Shown here: positions 1-12,800 of the stretch, piece after piece
Layout of the letters: each line of letters starts with the position of its first letter
Numbering within the stretch: the stretch's first letter is position 1
Source of the DNA: Octopus bimaculoides
Taxonomy: Eukaryota
DNA length: 64,000 nucleotides
Direction of reading: 5' to 3'
Assembly (NCBI RefSeq): GCF_001194135.2
Contig: NC_068981.1
Coordinates: 153,729,782 to 153,793,781, forward strand
Program-made: the position numbers and the translations under genes
The notes under the pieces: generated by a model
What the model was told of the DNA's origin: nothing
Seen by the model: only the letters and a program-made list of their open reading frames with translations
Database searches by the model: none

Positions 1-46
<46 letters not shown>

Positions 47-685
47 CTCCAGACTTTTCAAAAGTGACCTACATACACATGCACATACATCTGTGCATGC
101 CTACAAAGAACAGTTAATTTACCACCAAATCAAATATCACCAGAACATTTCTGAAGCCTAATCAGTTAAGAGAGATCTGTATGAACGTCATAGATAACAA
201 TTTGTTCTACAACCTCAAAAATCTTACTTCAAAGTCTGATAAGAACTGAAGTATATCTTCAAAATTCAACTGATTACGTCAAAGCAAGATATCTAGCATT
301 TAGTAGGTAAATTGCAGATGTATTAACATAAGGCTCCGACAGAAATAAAGTCTGCATCACGAATGCCCCTATTTTACCTACATTTTATCTAGTTTAATCC
401 AGTGATATATATTTTGTCTTTTATAAAATGATTACCACCTGCTTACTACTAGATTCAGGGTGTGTGAAGACATCAAAAGCACTAGAAATAGTAACTAACT
501 ATCCTTCACTCATACACCATCATCTTAAAGAGGACATTCAGGTTAATATATCTATAGATATATAATGGTTGAGTGTGAGTGGGGAGGAGAATGAAAGCTT
601 ATAAACATAGGTCTGCTGAATCGGGGGTTATCTGGGGGGGGGGGNNNNNNNNNNNNNNNACAACAGATTGTGCATGTGTATGTGC

Positions 686-725
<40 letters not shown>

Positions 726-1778
726 GGAGTTTTGGCAGAGAGAAAAAGCCTAAACTCACTCCTTCGAGCATTAAGAGATGAAGTTAAATTATAATTAATT
801 AGCATTTTCTTATTCTTTAATATCCAATAATTTCCAAAACAGGAGCTGTTTAGCTTCAAGTCACCCCTTATCAAGCAGTGATCATACCATCTTTTATTGA
901 AACACGCTGGCTAAGACAGTAGGGTATAATTTGAGAGAATTTGGCTTCTATCTCTAGAAGGCCAGTTGTTACATTGAGGTTGGATTTTTGTCAGGAATTC
1001 CTTTTAGCTGTAACATCATGGATGTTACACTGGCTCAAAGATGGAATGAATGGTTGATAGAGTGTCTGTCTGTTTTTAATAACTAAAACAATTAGCAAAA
1101 GGCTGGTGCATGCCACCAAGTTACACTCGCTTGCAAATGGTATGTGTGTTATTGAAAACATAATTCCTTACCATCTTCTGATGAATGTGAAAGCAATAAA
1201 ACAAGATTCTATTGCTTTTAACACAATACAAGCTGCTGACATCCATACCACATGTATGTAGTTAGCCAGCAAAGTATATAGCTAAACATCAAAATTAGTT
1301 AGGAGTGCTTTGCTTTTCCATAACAATCATAGTAAACATCAACTAAACAAATGCAATCAGTTAACAGACAACATACAACCATACAAAACATGTTAATGTA
1401 TTTCATATAAACATGTAATATATCCATTACACAGCAAACATTTGCCATCACTTAATGATCCCCACAAACTATATAAATTTTAACCAATAGATGCCATCCA
1501 CTTAACTATGTAATATGTAAATTTGTTTTAAGTCCATTTTTCCAAGCTAGTGTGAGGTTAAATGAGTACGTATCATTAAAACTTTTACAACCAGATGCTT
1601 CTAATTACTAACTTTCACCTATTGATCAAGTAAAGGTTTTTTTTTAAATTTTATTTCACATACCTTTCAAAGTACAGTGCTAGAAAACAATTTGTTGACA
1701 GGATTTGTCAAAAAAAATCAACTGTTTGTAGCCCAACACTATTTCCAAACAAAGAATGTAAATATTCACACAAACATA

Positions 1779-1819
<41 letters not shown>

Positions 1820-1831
1820 TATATATATATA

Positions 1832-1972
1832 TCATCATCATCATCATCGTTTAACGTCCGCTTTCCATGCTAGCTTGGGTTGGACGATTTGACTGAGGAC
1901 TGGTGAAACCGGATGGCAACACCAGGCTCCAGTCTGATTTGGCAGAGTTTCTACAGCTGGATGCCCTTCCTA
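1832..1972 (-). mobile_element. SINE family A, truncated tail between (AT)n tracts
   Basis: catcatcatcgtttaacgtccgctttccatgctagc...ctggatgcccttcct. Confidence 0.85.
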
Positions 1973-2009
<37 letters not shown>

Positions 2010-2549
2010 AATGAATTAAAACAGTGCTGGTGTTGTAAATGCTATCAACTGCACATGTGGGTTTTGTTTGTTCACCAATTCACTGTGGTATAGTGTTTGG
2101 GGAACAAATCCCTCATTGAAATATCTGTATCCTCGCTCTTAAATTTGATTGGAAGCAAATTATCTCACCAGCCTATGACTTTCAAGTATTTTAACACCCA
2201 GCATAAATGAGGAGGTTGTCCCGCAGGTGTTATACTGCAGCAAATTGGTGATCAAACAAAACACATACATTAAGTATATGCAACCAATAATATACATATA
2301 CATCATATACATGTGTGTGAGCGCGAGCGCGCACGCGCATATATAGATATATCATCTATCATCCAAGCTGGCATGGGTTGAATGGTTTGACCGGGCTGGC
2401 ACACTAGAAGGCTACACCAGACTCCAGTCTGATTTGGCATGGTTTTCTACAGCTGGATGTTCTTCTTAATGCCTACCACTCCGAGAGTGTAATGGGTGCC
2501 TTTACATGTCACCGGCATGGGTGCCATTTGCATGACACTGGTATCAAAA

Positions 2550-3151
2550 CATGTAACGAAAGTGATAAAAATCAAACATCCAGTCAACATCATAGTGTTT
2601 GGAGTGATCACTAGTGATGGCAACATTATGCCTCCATTCATCTTCCCACACAGCTTCAGACTCAATATGGAGGCCTGGAGGTGATAGTGCAGCCCTGGGT
2701 CAAGAGGTGGCTGCTGGAAGACCCTATGTCTGGCAACAGGACTGCACCATGCAACATAAGCAAGAGCACCTAGTCATGGCTGTCAGAAAATTTCTGCGAC
2801 CACATCACCCCCAACATCTGGCCACTTAACTCCCTGGACAGTAACCCTATTGATTATTATGTGTGGGGCACAATTGAGCAAGAGACCAACAAAACTCCTT
2901 GTAACACCAAAGATGTACTGAAGGCAAGGATTATGGCAGCATTCACCAACTTAAACAAGGGAACCATCCAAAAGAGTTGCAGGAGTTTCCAAAGTCATCT
3001 TGAAGGCAATGGTGATTTTATCGAATAAATTTACTCTTTAGTATTTCAAGATGTTTTTTATGTAATTTTGGTAAATATATCTGTTAAAATAAGATTTCAG
3101 TATTATTTTCATTTTGCATAATTTAGATGACAATATATTCACTGCACCCTG
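2550..3151 (+). mobile_element. Decayed IS630-Tc1-mariner transposon, 3' half (maT/DD37D-like)
   Basis: Frameshifted peptides NIIVFGVITSDGNIMPPFIF, RPYVWQQDC, IWPLNSLDSNPIDYYVWG (cf. WPPNSPDLNPLDYYVWG); ends in ...CACTGCACCCTG, like a maT terminal repeat. Confidence 0.8.
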
Positions 3152-3432
3152 CATACACACACACACACGCACACACAATTTCCATCTACTAAGTCCACTC
3201 ACAGGATATTATTAGCTCACAGTTACAATAAAAGGCACAAGCTCCAGGTGCCCCAGTGCCAAAGACTCAACACCTTATGGACAAGAAGAGAACCTCTCAA
3301 CCACACTGCCACATGTGGCACCTTGCCACATAAGAGCTGAAACTAAAACCATAGGTATTCATGGGAAAGTAAAGTGTTTGTTAAGAAAGATATGAATGAA
3401 CATTCCATGTAAATATAGAAGTAGATACTTAC

Positions 3433-3564
3433 CATATTTAGACTGTTGGAAGTCTGCAATGACCCTAAGAATATTATTCATATGTATCCTCCGTGGATGG
3501 CTTTCTAGACCTCCTGAGTGTGGATGAGCAACATCTATGTAGATCAAGTCAGTTAGGTGCAACC
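3433..3564 (-). CDS. RALGPS1: RalGPS exon (132 nt, phase 1-1): (G)[43 protein letters not shown]
   Basis: Acceptor ttatag (AG at 3566-3565), donor GTAAGT (GT at 3432-3431); CDC25 helical-hairpin region. Confidence 0.95.
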
Positions 3565-6500
3565 CTATAATAGAGAATAATTAAATAAACTTACAGTATC
3601 AAAACAAAGGATATTTTTACATGGTTATCTGAGCTACTAGAAATAGTAGCTAAATATCCTTTAATAATACATCATCTTAAAAGGGGAGGAACATACATAT
3701 GATATTTGGTTAAATTCTGAAATTTTTGAGAATATGTTATAACAACAAGATCGAATTTATATGTAATTTAAAGAATGTTGCCATGACTAAAGTGGTTAAA
3801 AAAAAAAAGAAAAGATTAATTCTCTCAAGTAAGAACAGTAAGTATATTCTGTATTCTGAATCAAATGCTGCTTCATTCTCTGATAAACTTACTTGAATTT
3901 TCTAGAAATGATACTTCAAACAAAATTTAGCCTAAGGCTTGAAAGCTAGTGTTGGTTAACTGAATAAGCATATCAAACTTACACATACAATTCCATGCAC
4001 AAAGAAATCTTTAATTATTAGAGACAAGGAGATATTCAGTTTATTTGTTCAATTTTTTATCATCCAGTTTTCCATGCTAGTTTGAGTTTCAATGGAGATA
4101 TATTTGAGGTAGGATTTTTTATGGCGAGATGTTCGGTTTGTTGCTAACTCTTACCCATTTTTCAAGTAAGGGATATCTTCAAGCCACAGGTCTTCAAAAA
4201 CCATACAGTGATCGATCATAATGTCAACAAGGAATCAGCACCATTTCTCTCCAGTGATGACGAGCAAAAAACTTATATACATTGATGGACATGTGCACAT
4301 ATACATACATGATAGGTTTCTTGCAGTTTCCATCCACCAATTCCCTTCACATGACATTTATCAGCATGAGGCTATATTCGAAGACAAATGCCCAATGCAC
4401 CATGTAATGGGACTGAACTCAAAACCATATGGTTACTAAATAAACTTCAAAACCACACAGCCATGCCTGCACTTATTAGTTGAAACTGAACATATCTATT
4501 CAACACCAATATTGTAATCAGTGTATTTATTCACTATATTCTTTTTATCTCCAATAATATTTTACTGAAATATTTTTCAATGCCCCACCCATCAAATAAA
4601 CAGCCAACAGTAAACACAATTATACAGAAGCACTCAAGTCCTAATAATGCATTAATCAACTCTTGTGTTGAAACCAATACATAACACAAAACAGTGCACA
4701 CTAACCTAAATAAGGAATGCATGGCAATTTGACGTGATCCATGTAATCTCGTAACTTTTGTCGGTTGTTGTTCTCAGAGAAGAGGTCTGCTATCTTTTCA
4801 TAGGAGGATTTATCTTTTCGAGACAACATCTGAAAATTTACAGAAAACTAGATTAATGAGGTAACTGATATTAGATATTTCAGGAATTATATTTATTGGT
4901 AAAAAACAAAATCATAAATTATGAAGGTTTCACATGTCATTTTGAAAATTAGGATGTATGAATTAATAGGAGTAGTGACACGATAATAATAATCATAAAG
5001 AAATATAACAATTATTCCTTTAATATTCAGATTACCCTGTCAAATGTAATACTTATTTACATTGTTTTGAATTATTTATGCATTGCCTCAATGCGTCAAG
5101 ATTTCAATGATCTGATTGCTTATTTTTCTAAAATAACATTGTAAGGTAGGTGTGAGCAGTTAGATCTGGCCTCTTTGAACAGAAAACAGGTAGAACATTT
5201 GGTCTTAACATGGCTAGTTCATATTCCAGCAATATTCTACTTAAAAAAATATTGTCCTACAATTTATCAAATGTTATTTAATTTAAGTAATACTCTAATT
5301 ACAATTAGCTGTCATGATCACCAAGAGTTGTATTTATAAGTTACAGAAGAAATAGCAGTGCTCATTACCACTGCATTCCTTCCCAAACTGGAATAACTGG
5401 AAGGTTTATCATCATCATCATCGTTTAACGTCTGCTTTCTATGCTAGCATGGGTTGGACGATTTGACTGAGGACTGGTGAAACCCAATGGCTACACCAGG
5501 CTCCAATCTGATTTGGCAGAGTTTCTACAGCTGGATGCCCTTCCTAACGCCAACCACTCAGAGAGTGTAGTGGGTGCTTTTACGTGCCATTCATAATTAT
5601 TCAACTTGTAAACAAATCTTAACCATTAAGTATTGTTAGTTAAGAAAATAAACCACAACAAAACCCCAACTCATTTCTTTAGGGATTCCCACAAATGAAA
5701 ACAATTTTTTCATCACAGATATCTGTGAGCTTTCTTGATTTTTCAAATCTTCCATGATTTGGATGTTGAAAAGTTTCTCACAATATATTCAAAACTATAA
5801 ATAAAACTGAAGTGGATCACAGCTGCGGGGAGTATGTTTTATTGGTAATATGACTACTAAAATACAATGGTTTCAAATTTTAGCACAAGATCAGCAATTT
5901 TAGAGGGGAGGAGTTAGTCAGTAACACTGACCATCGACGTTTAAGAGGGGATAATATTACCTCTCAGTATTAATACCACCTTAGTCACGAATATATATTT
6001 TTAACAAGCTCACTGGTACTTTATTTTTAATTGACCCCCAAAAAGATGAAAAACAAAGGTGACCTCAGCAGGATTTGAAACCTAAACACAAATAGCCAGA
6101 AGAAATGCCACTAAGCATATTGTCAGGCATGCTAACAATCATGCCAGCTAACAATCATGCCAGCTCACCACCTTTCCCAACCAAATTATAATAATACTAG
6201 CTGGACATGTGCCATCAATAATGACGGCTAATTGTAATATTTTATATATTTAAAAATGGTACATAATAATCACACATACAAACATTCATATACGTTCCTT
6301 GTACATACTCACACACATACTCACATTGAGTTGAAACGCTAATTCTTTTTTTTTTCACTCCTTCCTTCCTTATTCATCTATCACCCCTTCCTTTCTCTCA
6401 CTCCCTCTCAGTCAGGGCTATTACTCTCACTATTTCTCCTTCACTGAATTACTATTTTCTCTCCTCCTCCACGTCCAGCATGATTCTGGACAAGAATGCG

Positions 6501-6785
6501 AATAGGCATGAAAGTACGTACTCGCCTTTATATATTTGATTCTCTGTATTTAATACTCAATATTTCATATATTCAATAAGACATTCAATACTTCATTTCA
6601 TTTTACCATTTATATTATATTATATATTCCATATCCCACATTAATTTTATAAGAATATAAATAAAACATAAAAAACAGAAAGAGTTGGAACTCCTTTAAA
6701 TAATATATTCCTCTATACACAATCATACGAAACCCTTTTTTTGTATATATATTTTTTTAATTTTTATTTTGTATATTTATTTTTA

Positions 6786-6826
<41 letters not shown>

Positions 6827-9800
6827 TATACAAATATATAAAAACACTATGCTCTCTCTCTCAATTTAAAGATATTTTGTTTCATTTAAATTCTTTTAGT
6901 AAACACCTAGTGAAATAATGTTTTCTTCAGAACTTATATGTTGATTTATGCAATTTATATCACTCTATGTGAGGATAAATTGCTAAGTTAGAAGTTAGAC
7001 ATTTCATACAGTTATGACCCAAGTAACTGCCTTTACTTCTTTGTTTGAAGTTTCTCTGAAGGTATGAATTTCTCATTGTGTTAAGATTGGTTCTTTTGTG
7101 TTATTGTTTAGCTCCTTGTCAACCTTGAATGGTCTTGGCCTATAGATCAAAGGCATTCTGTGATGATCTGTCACTCAGCCTCTTTAATATCCACCTGCCT
7201 GAGACCACTCCTGCTTCTACAATACAAACTTCCTGTTTTCACCCTTTAGTGTTCAGATTACTTTTGTTAAATATAAACTAAACTCTACTTGCAAAGACCT
7301 GTTGGGGCAAATGAAATCGAAATTGAGCCAAATGCCAGAGGAGCGCTAACAGCACCATCTGAGCGTGATCATTGCCAGAGCAGCCGTTTGGCTTCCGTGC
7401 CGGTGGCACATAAAAAGCACCATTTGGGCGTGATCGTTACCAGTGTCGCCTTACTGGCACTTGTGCTGGTGGCACGTGAAAAAACATTCGAGCGAGGTTG
7501 TTGCTAGTGCCACTGGACTGGCTCCTGTGCAGGTGACACGTAAAAAAAAAAAACACCATTTGAGCATGGCCATTGCCAGTACCGCCTGACTTCTATAACT
7601 CATATACACACACAGATATAAAGACATTGAATTTTTTTTCAACCAAAATATTCCAGTGGTGTGGGTCATATTTTCCTTTGAAAGTATGAATGGTATTTTA
7701 CATTTTATACTTTGTTAAAAAAAACAGTTGAGGAGCAAATAACTGTAGGGCAGGGATGGGGAGGCAGGTAGCAACACTGGCCAAGTCATTAAAGCATCAG
7801 ACAGACTGCATTGCAATATTTTTACCCCAAACCTTTGTATTCAGAGTTCAAATCCTACTGAAGTCAACTTTGCTTTGCAACCTCTTGTGAGCTGATATCT
7901 GTTGTTTATCTTTCAATTCTCTGTGGTGTCAATAAATGAAGTAGCAACCCTCTTTCTCTCCAGCTGTCACATCCTGGATGTTCTGCTGGGCCAAGAGTAG
8001 GTGAGCCAAAAGGGTATCTACATTTGCCCATGACTACATGGACAACAGAAATAATTAGCAAAAGCATGGAACATGCAACAAAGTGATCTGCAATTTTCAG
8101 CTGTTATACATATACACACACAAACATATATAGCTATCCTGGAAATATCAATGTTGCCTTTTACATAAGTATGGAGGGTGAAGACTTATGATGGCAACAC
8201 TTTTACCAAGGTTATTAATAGCATGATGAAAATGAAATGGCTACAATCAGGAATTAAAACCAGATTTTTAACACAGCTCAGTGTTAGCTTGCCATTATTC
8301 TATGCCACTTGCCATTTTTAATTCTTAAATTGACTGAAATTTTACAAAATTAAAAATAAAAACATTAATTGTTGGTTTGTGTGGTTTTGAAATCTGACCC
8401 ATTTTGTAAATAGTACAATGTAGTTTTTTTTTAAAGCATTGCCTCCCCAGCAGCAACCACCACCACCACCTCTATAACAGCAACAGCCCTATGTTCACAC
8501 TAATGGCTGTGTTTTGTATTAGATGTCTGCATTAGCAAAAAAAAATGAGTGGTGGGAGTTTAGAATTTCAATTATAAAGAATGAGTGATTAACAAACATG
8601 CTTTTCTAATAGGGAGCCCCCATTTTTTTCTTTGTTTCATCAATCAATGTATTTTTTTAAAACAAGCCTCATGGTCTGTTTACTTTTGTCCTGTTTTTTT
8701 TTTTTGTTTTTTTCCTTTATTTTGATTAACAGTTCCTACAAAACAGTATCATAATAACAGTATATTAGTGAATACTGAAAATAATTTTGCTGTGATTGTT
8801 TTTCTCCAGTGGAAACAAAATATCATGCCACTTACACATGCTAATCTAACTTCTCAACTTCCAGATACTTGCTTTCTGATTACGTCATTGTCATTTTAGT
8901 GTGTGTTTAAATTGAGTTCCAAAGCTAATCTAAATTCCATATAGTTTAACCAATATTGACATTTAAAAAAATTAGTAGCAATATGGAATATACTGATTGA
9001 ATTAGAGCTAACTTGAGTCAGCTCTAATTCTATGATGAAAATATGTTTTAAGCATAAACATCCTCCTATTCCCCAAACCCCAATTATAATGAATCTAGGA
9101 ATGCATTATGCAATGTGTCCATTTTTTTTTATAATCCAAAGATATGAATCATAGAGATATTTAGCTGCTATTTGTATCAGGTTATTGTACATGGTCTCCA
9201 TCCAATCAGGCTCCTTGATATATTGGCTGATGGTGAGTTTTATTGTGGCCATACTAGTCTATTTTGGTAGAATTTGAACTCAAGGAATAAAGACAGATGA
9301 AATGCCATTAAGCATGTTGCTCAGTATGCTAACGATTCTGCTAATGATGACATTACAAATGTATAACATAGATCGACTCAATCAGAGCTCACTGAGGCAA
9401 CACAACAAAATATAAAAGCAAGTAACTAAAATCAGATGAATTCCACTTACCATCCATGTCTTGGACAATCTGAATATTGCAGCACTCTGAAGAGCTGATA
9501 ACACAGCCATCACTGAGTGTAAATTGTTCATGTCAAGTAATTTCTGAAATAAAAGAAACAAAAAGCAAGCCTTATACATGAGCATATGGGTGTTAATGAA
9601 GTTGTACAAATATACTTTTACACATAGTATAATGCACACACATACACATACAGATCTAAATGAAAAAAAAGTACTTAAATATCCTTGTAGGTTGAGCTTA
9701 TTCTATTACTCAAACCTGAAGCTAAACCTCCATTGCTAATCTGAGTTTTCCCATTCTTCAACACCACAAGACTCAGAGTAGCTATAAAATGGAGTCTCAA

Positions 9801-12800
9801 CTTCAAATAAATAAACATTGGTGTTCTGTATTTTAGTCCTACCCATAAACAGGCCAAATGGAGTTTCTATGCAGTCAGACAACCTACAATAAATTAGCAA
9901 CTAAATCTACCGCAAATCCTTGCAACTGTTTTTTTTTTTTTTAAAGTTTGATCATAGGTCTGCAAGTCTGCTTGACCAGGGCTGATGTAGGATTAACCAA
10001 CAACACTGGAGAAATCCATAGGTTGTTGTCCTACCATTTAAAGAGCCAATGGGGTGGGGTGCATGCGCTTGTCATGGGCATGTGCGCTTGTCATGGGCAT
10101 GTGCGCTTGTCATGGGCATGTGCGCTTGTCATGGGCATGTGCGCTTGTCATGGGCATGTGCGCTTGTCCAGGTCGTATGTCTCTCTCATGAGTGTATGTT
10201 ATTGTTATTTGGTGCCATGCATGTGTGTTGAATATATGTTGTATGTTGCAAGCTGTTTTGTATTTTGCAAATTATACTTATCCTAACTTACATAAAATAC
10301 AACTCCTACCTAAGAAGCCATGACGGATCTTATTTTTACCCTAGTGTATTCCCCCTTCCCCTCACCTCTCTCTCACACTTTATAGAAGCTTTCCAATCTT
10401 CATCACTCAATTCAGAATTAAAGAAAAACAGCTCAATATTAAACACGAAACTTACTCTGGCTATTTTTATGAAGTGAGCTAATACTTCCGCTCTTGTTTT
10501 CAATGTTAAGCAGCTAAGAATTTCTCTCTGCACCCAGAAATTCACCTGCAAAAAAAGAAGAAAAAAGGGCTTACAAATGGAAAAAAAGAGAAGGAAAAAT
10601 GAATACTGGAATGAATATATTTTAGAGTTGTACGTGTTTTGCAAAGTATGTGATGAAAGATAATATAATTAAGCCAAGGCTGTGGAGCCAGAGTCAGAAG
10701 CGATTACAGGGTTACTAAATAGGGAGTCAATAAAAAAGGAACCAAATCTGACTGATTAAATGTAATATAATACTTTCAAATTTCCAATTTCACAGAAATC
10801 AAATTAACCAGTTCTACAAATAACTAATTTCAAAATAATCAAATGAGATTTAAAGGTTTCTGTGAAAGAGAATCTGGTTGAAGCAATTTTGTTTCAAAGA
10901 ACATGATGTCAGTAAATTGGGGGAGGGTGTTAAACTCCAATTCAACACATAGTTTTTTTTAATCAATTTTGTAAAAATAAACTTTTTAATCTTCTACGAT
11001 GTAGTTTTATTTCATATCATCTTTCATATTACATCCCTCTCTCTTTTATATTTAAACACTGCTTTAATCTTAATAAGGAAGAGCTATGAATTTAATTACT
11101 TTTAAAAATGAACATTTGTTAGGTTGATTTAGGTGCTCAAAGATCTAAAGTACATCAATGTTAAAACTAAAAGACTAAACTCATAAACAAGGACATTCCT
11201 AATTTTCCTTTGTCGTAGTTTTATAATTTATTACTTTTAACAAAAAACAGGCCCCCACATATTTTCAACACTCAAACCCTCACATTTACATTCTTATAAT
11301 TGTAACCCTCCATGTCCATCTCAAATCATATGCATAAAGGACCACATCAAATCATGTGTCCCATATACTCTGCCATTATTCCATTCTGTTCTCCCTTTCC
11401 CTCTATTTTCCCCTAGCTATTTGATATCAACATCCATCATTTGCTCACCATTTATTCACCTCTTACTATCCACCACGCTCTCATCCCAATTACAGTTTCT
11501 ACCATCACATTATTGCTTTCTTCTCCTGTCACTATTGCTCTCCACTGATCAGTTCCTCGGCCAAATAGAAAAGAACAAGTGAACACATACATCGTAAAAG
11601 GGTGACAACTTCTAATCTTACAGGGTACAATACAACTCCACCTGTTAGTGTTATCTTAATACCACTTGAGATACTCTGTAAAATGGTTTGTGAACAAATG
11701 AAGCTGTGGGGATGAAGGGATCTTTTAGTCTTGTCAAAGATATGGCAATCTCCTTGGTGCTAGGACTATGATAAAAGGCACCCAATAAACTCTGAAAAGT
11801 TGTTGATGTTATGAAGGACATCCAGCTGTAGAAATCAATGCCAACAAGTGAAACTTAAAAGCATCCAACCCATCAAAGAGAACACAAATGGTTAACCAAA
11901 CCACTCCAACATGGAAAGCAGGCACAAGATGAAAAACATGGGAAGAAGAGGAATGTATACTACTAAGTATCAAAGTCATTTTTGCTGCTGTACAGTTTGG
12001 TCACTGTTATATTCCATCTTTTGTAGATGTACAATAGACTGATACATAATCATATATATAATTAATAATCAATATATATATACGATACAAAATACAAAAT
12101 AAAACGACAGTGAATACAATGGTATTGGTGTGGGTTTCTTTTAATAAAATAAGCATATAAATATTGAAATAAATATCAAAATAAAATAAAAAGTAATTCA
12201 TAAATATTTAGGAAGTAGAAAATATGATACTGGTTTGCAACAGAGCTGCATATGATCTGATAAAGACAAGAGAGTCACTAATACAATTGACTTTTGTTGA
12301 GGTCTAACTAAATAATCCCAGGACAGAGTACATTTGTACTAATGAGAAATATTTCACAGGAACTTTAGAATAATGTGATGAAGATGGTGTGGAGTAGGGG
12401 TTGACTGGAGTAGGATGGTGTAGTAGGGAATCAAATGGAAGTAGAATAGAATGATAGAGTGGCATAGTGTGGTGTGAAGTGACATGATGGTAGTGCAGCA
12501 TGACTGGCACAAGTGGAGATTTTCTATCTGAAGTGGTGTTATGTGATGTGGAGTAGCATTACAGCATGCACAGTGGAGTGGCGTCTGATGCAGAATGGAG
12601 TGGAATGAGGTGCAGAGTAGAGTGATGGCATGAGGAAGAGACTGATGGTGGGAGCAGTGAGAGGGGCTGAGCATGTGAGATAAGAAACCTATGAGTGAGT
12701 GAATGGACAAAGTGTAAAAATCATGTATTCAAAACAAATCACCTGAATGAAATAAATTAATACATTCACAGATCAAGAAAATAAAATGATGCCCAAGGTT

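Noticed and set aside
1-3430. Next RalGPS exon (expected YIEELQKF.EDDNYK-like) and the PH domain
   Set aside because: No matching peptide found by eye on the minus strand. The donor-like site near 223-228 has a stop-interrupted, unrelated frame. The exon is presumably beyond the left edge, though small gaps or oversight cannot be excluded.
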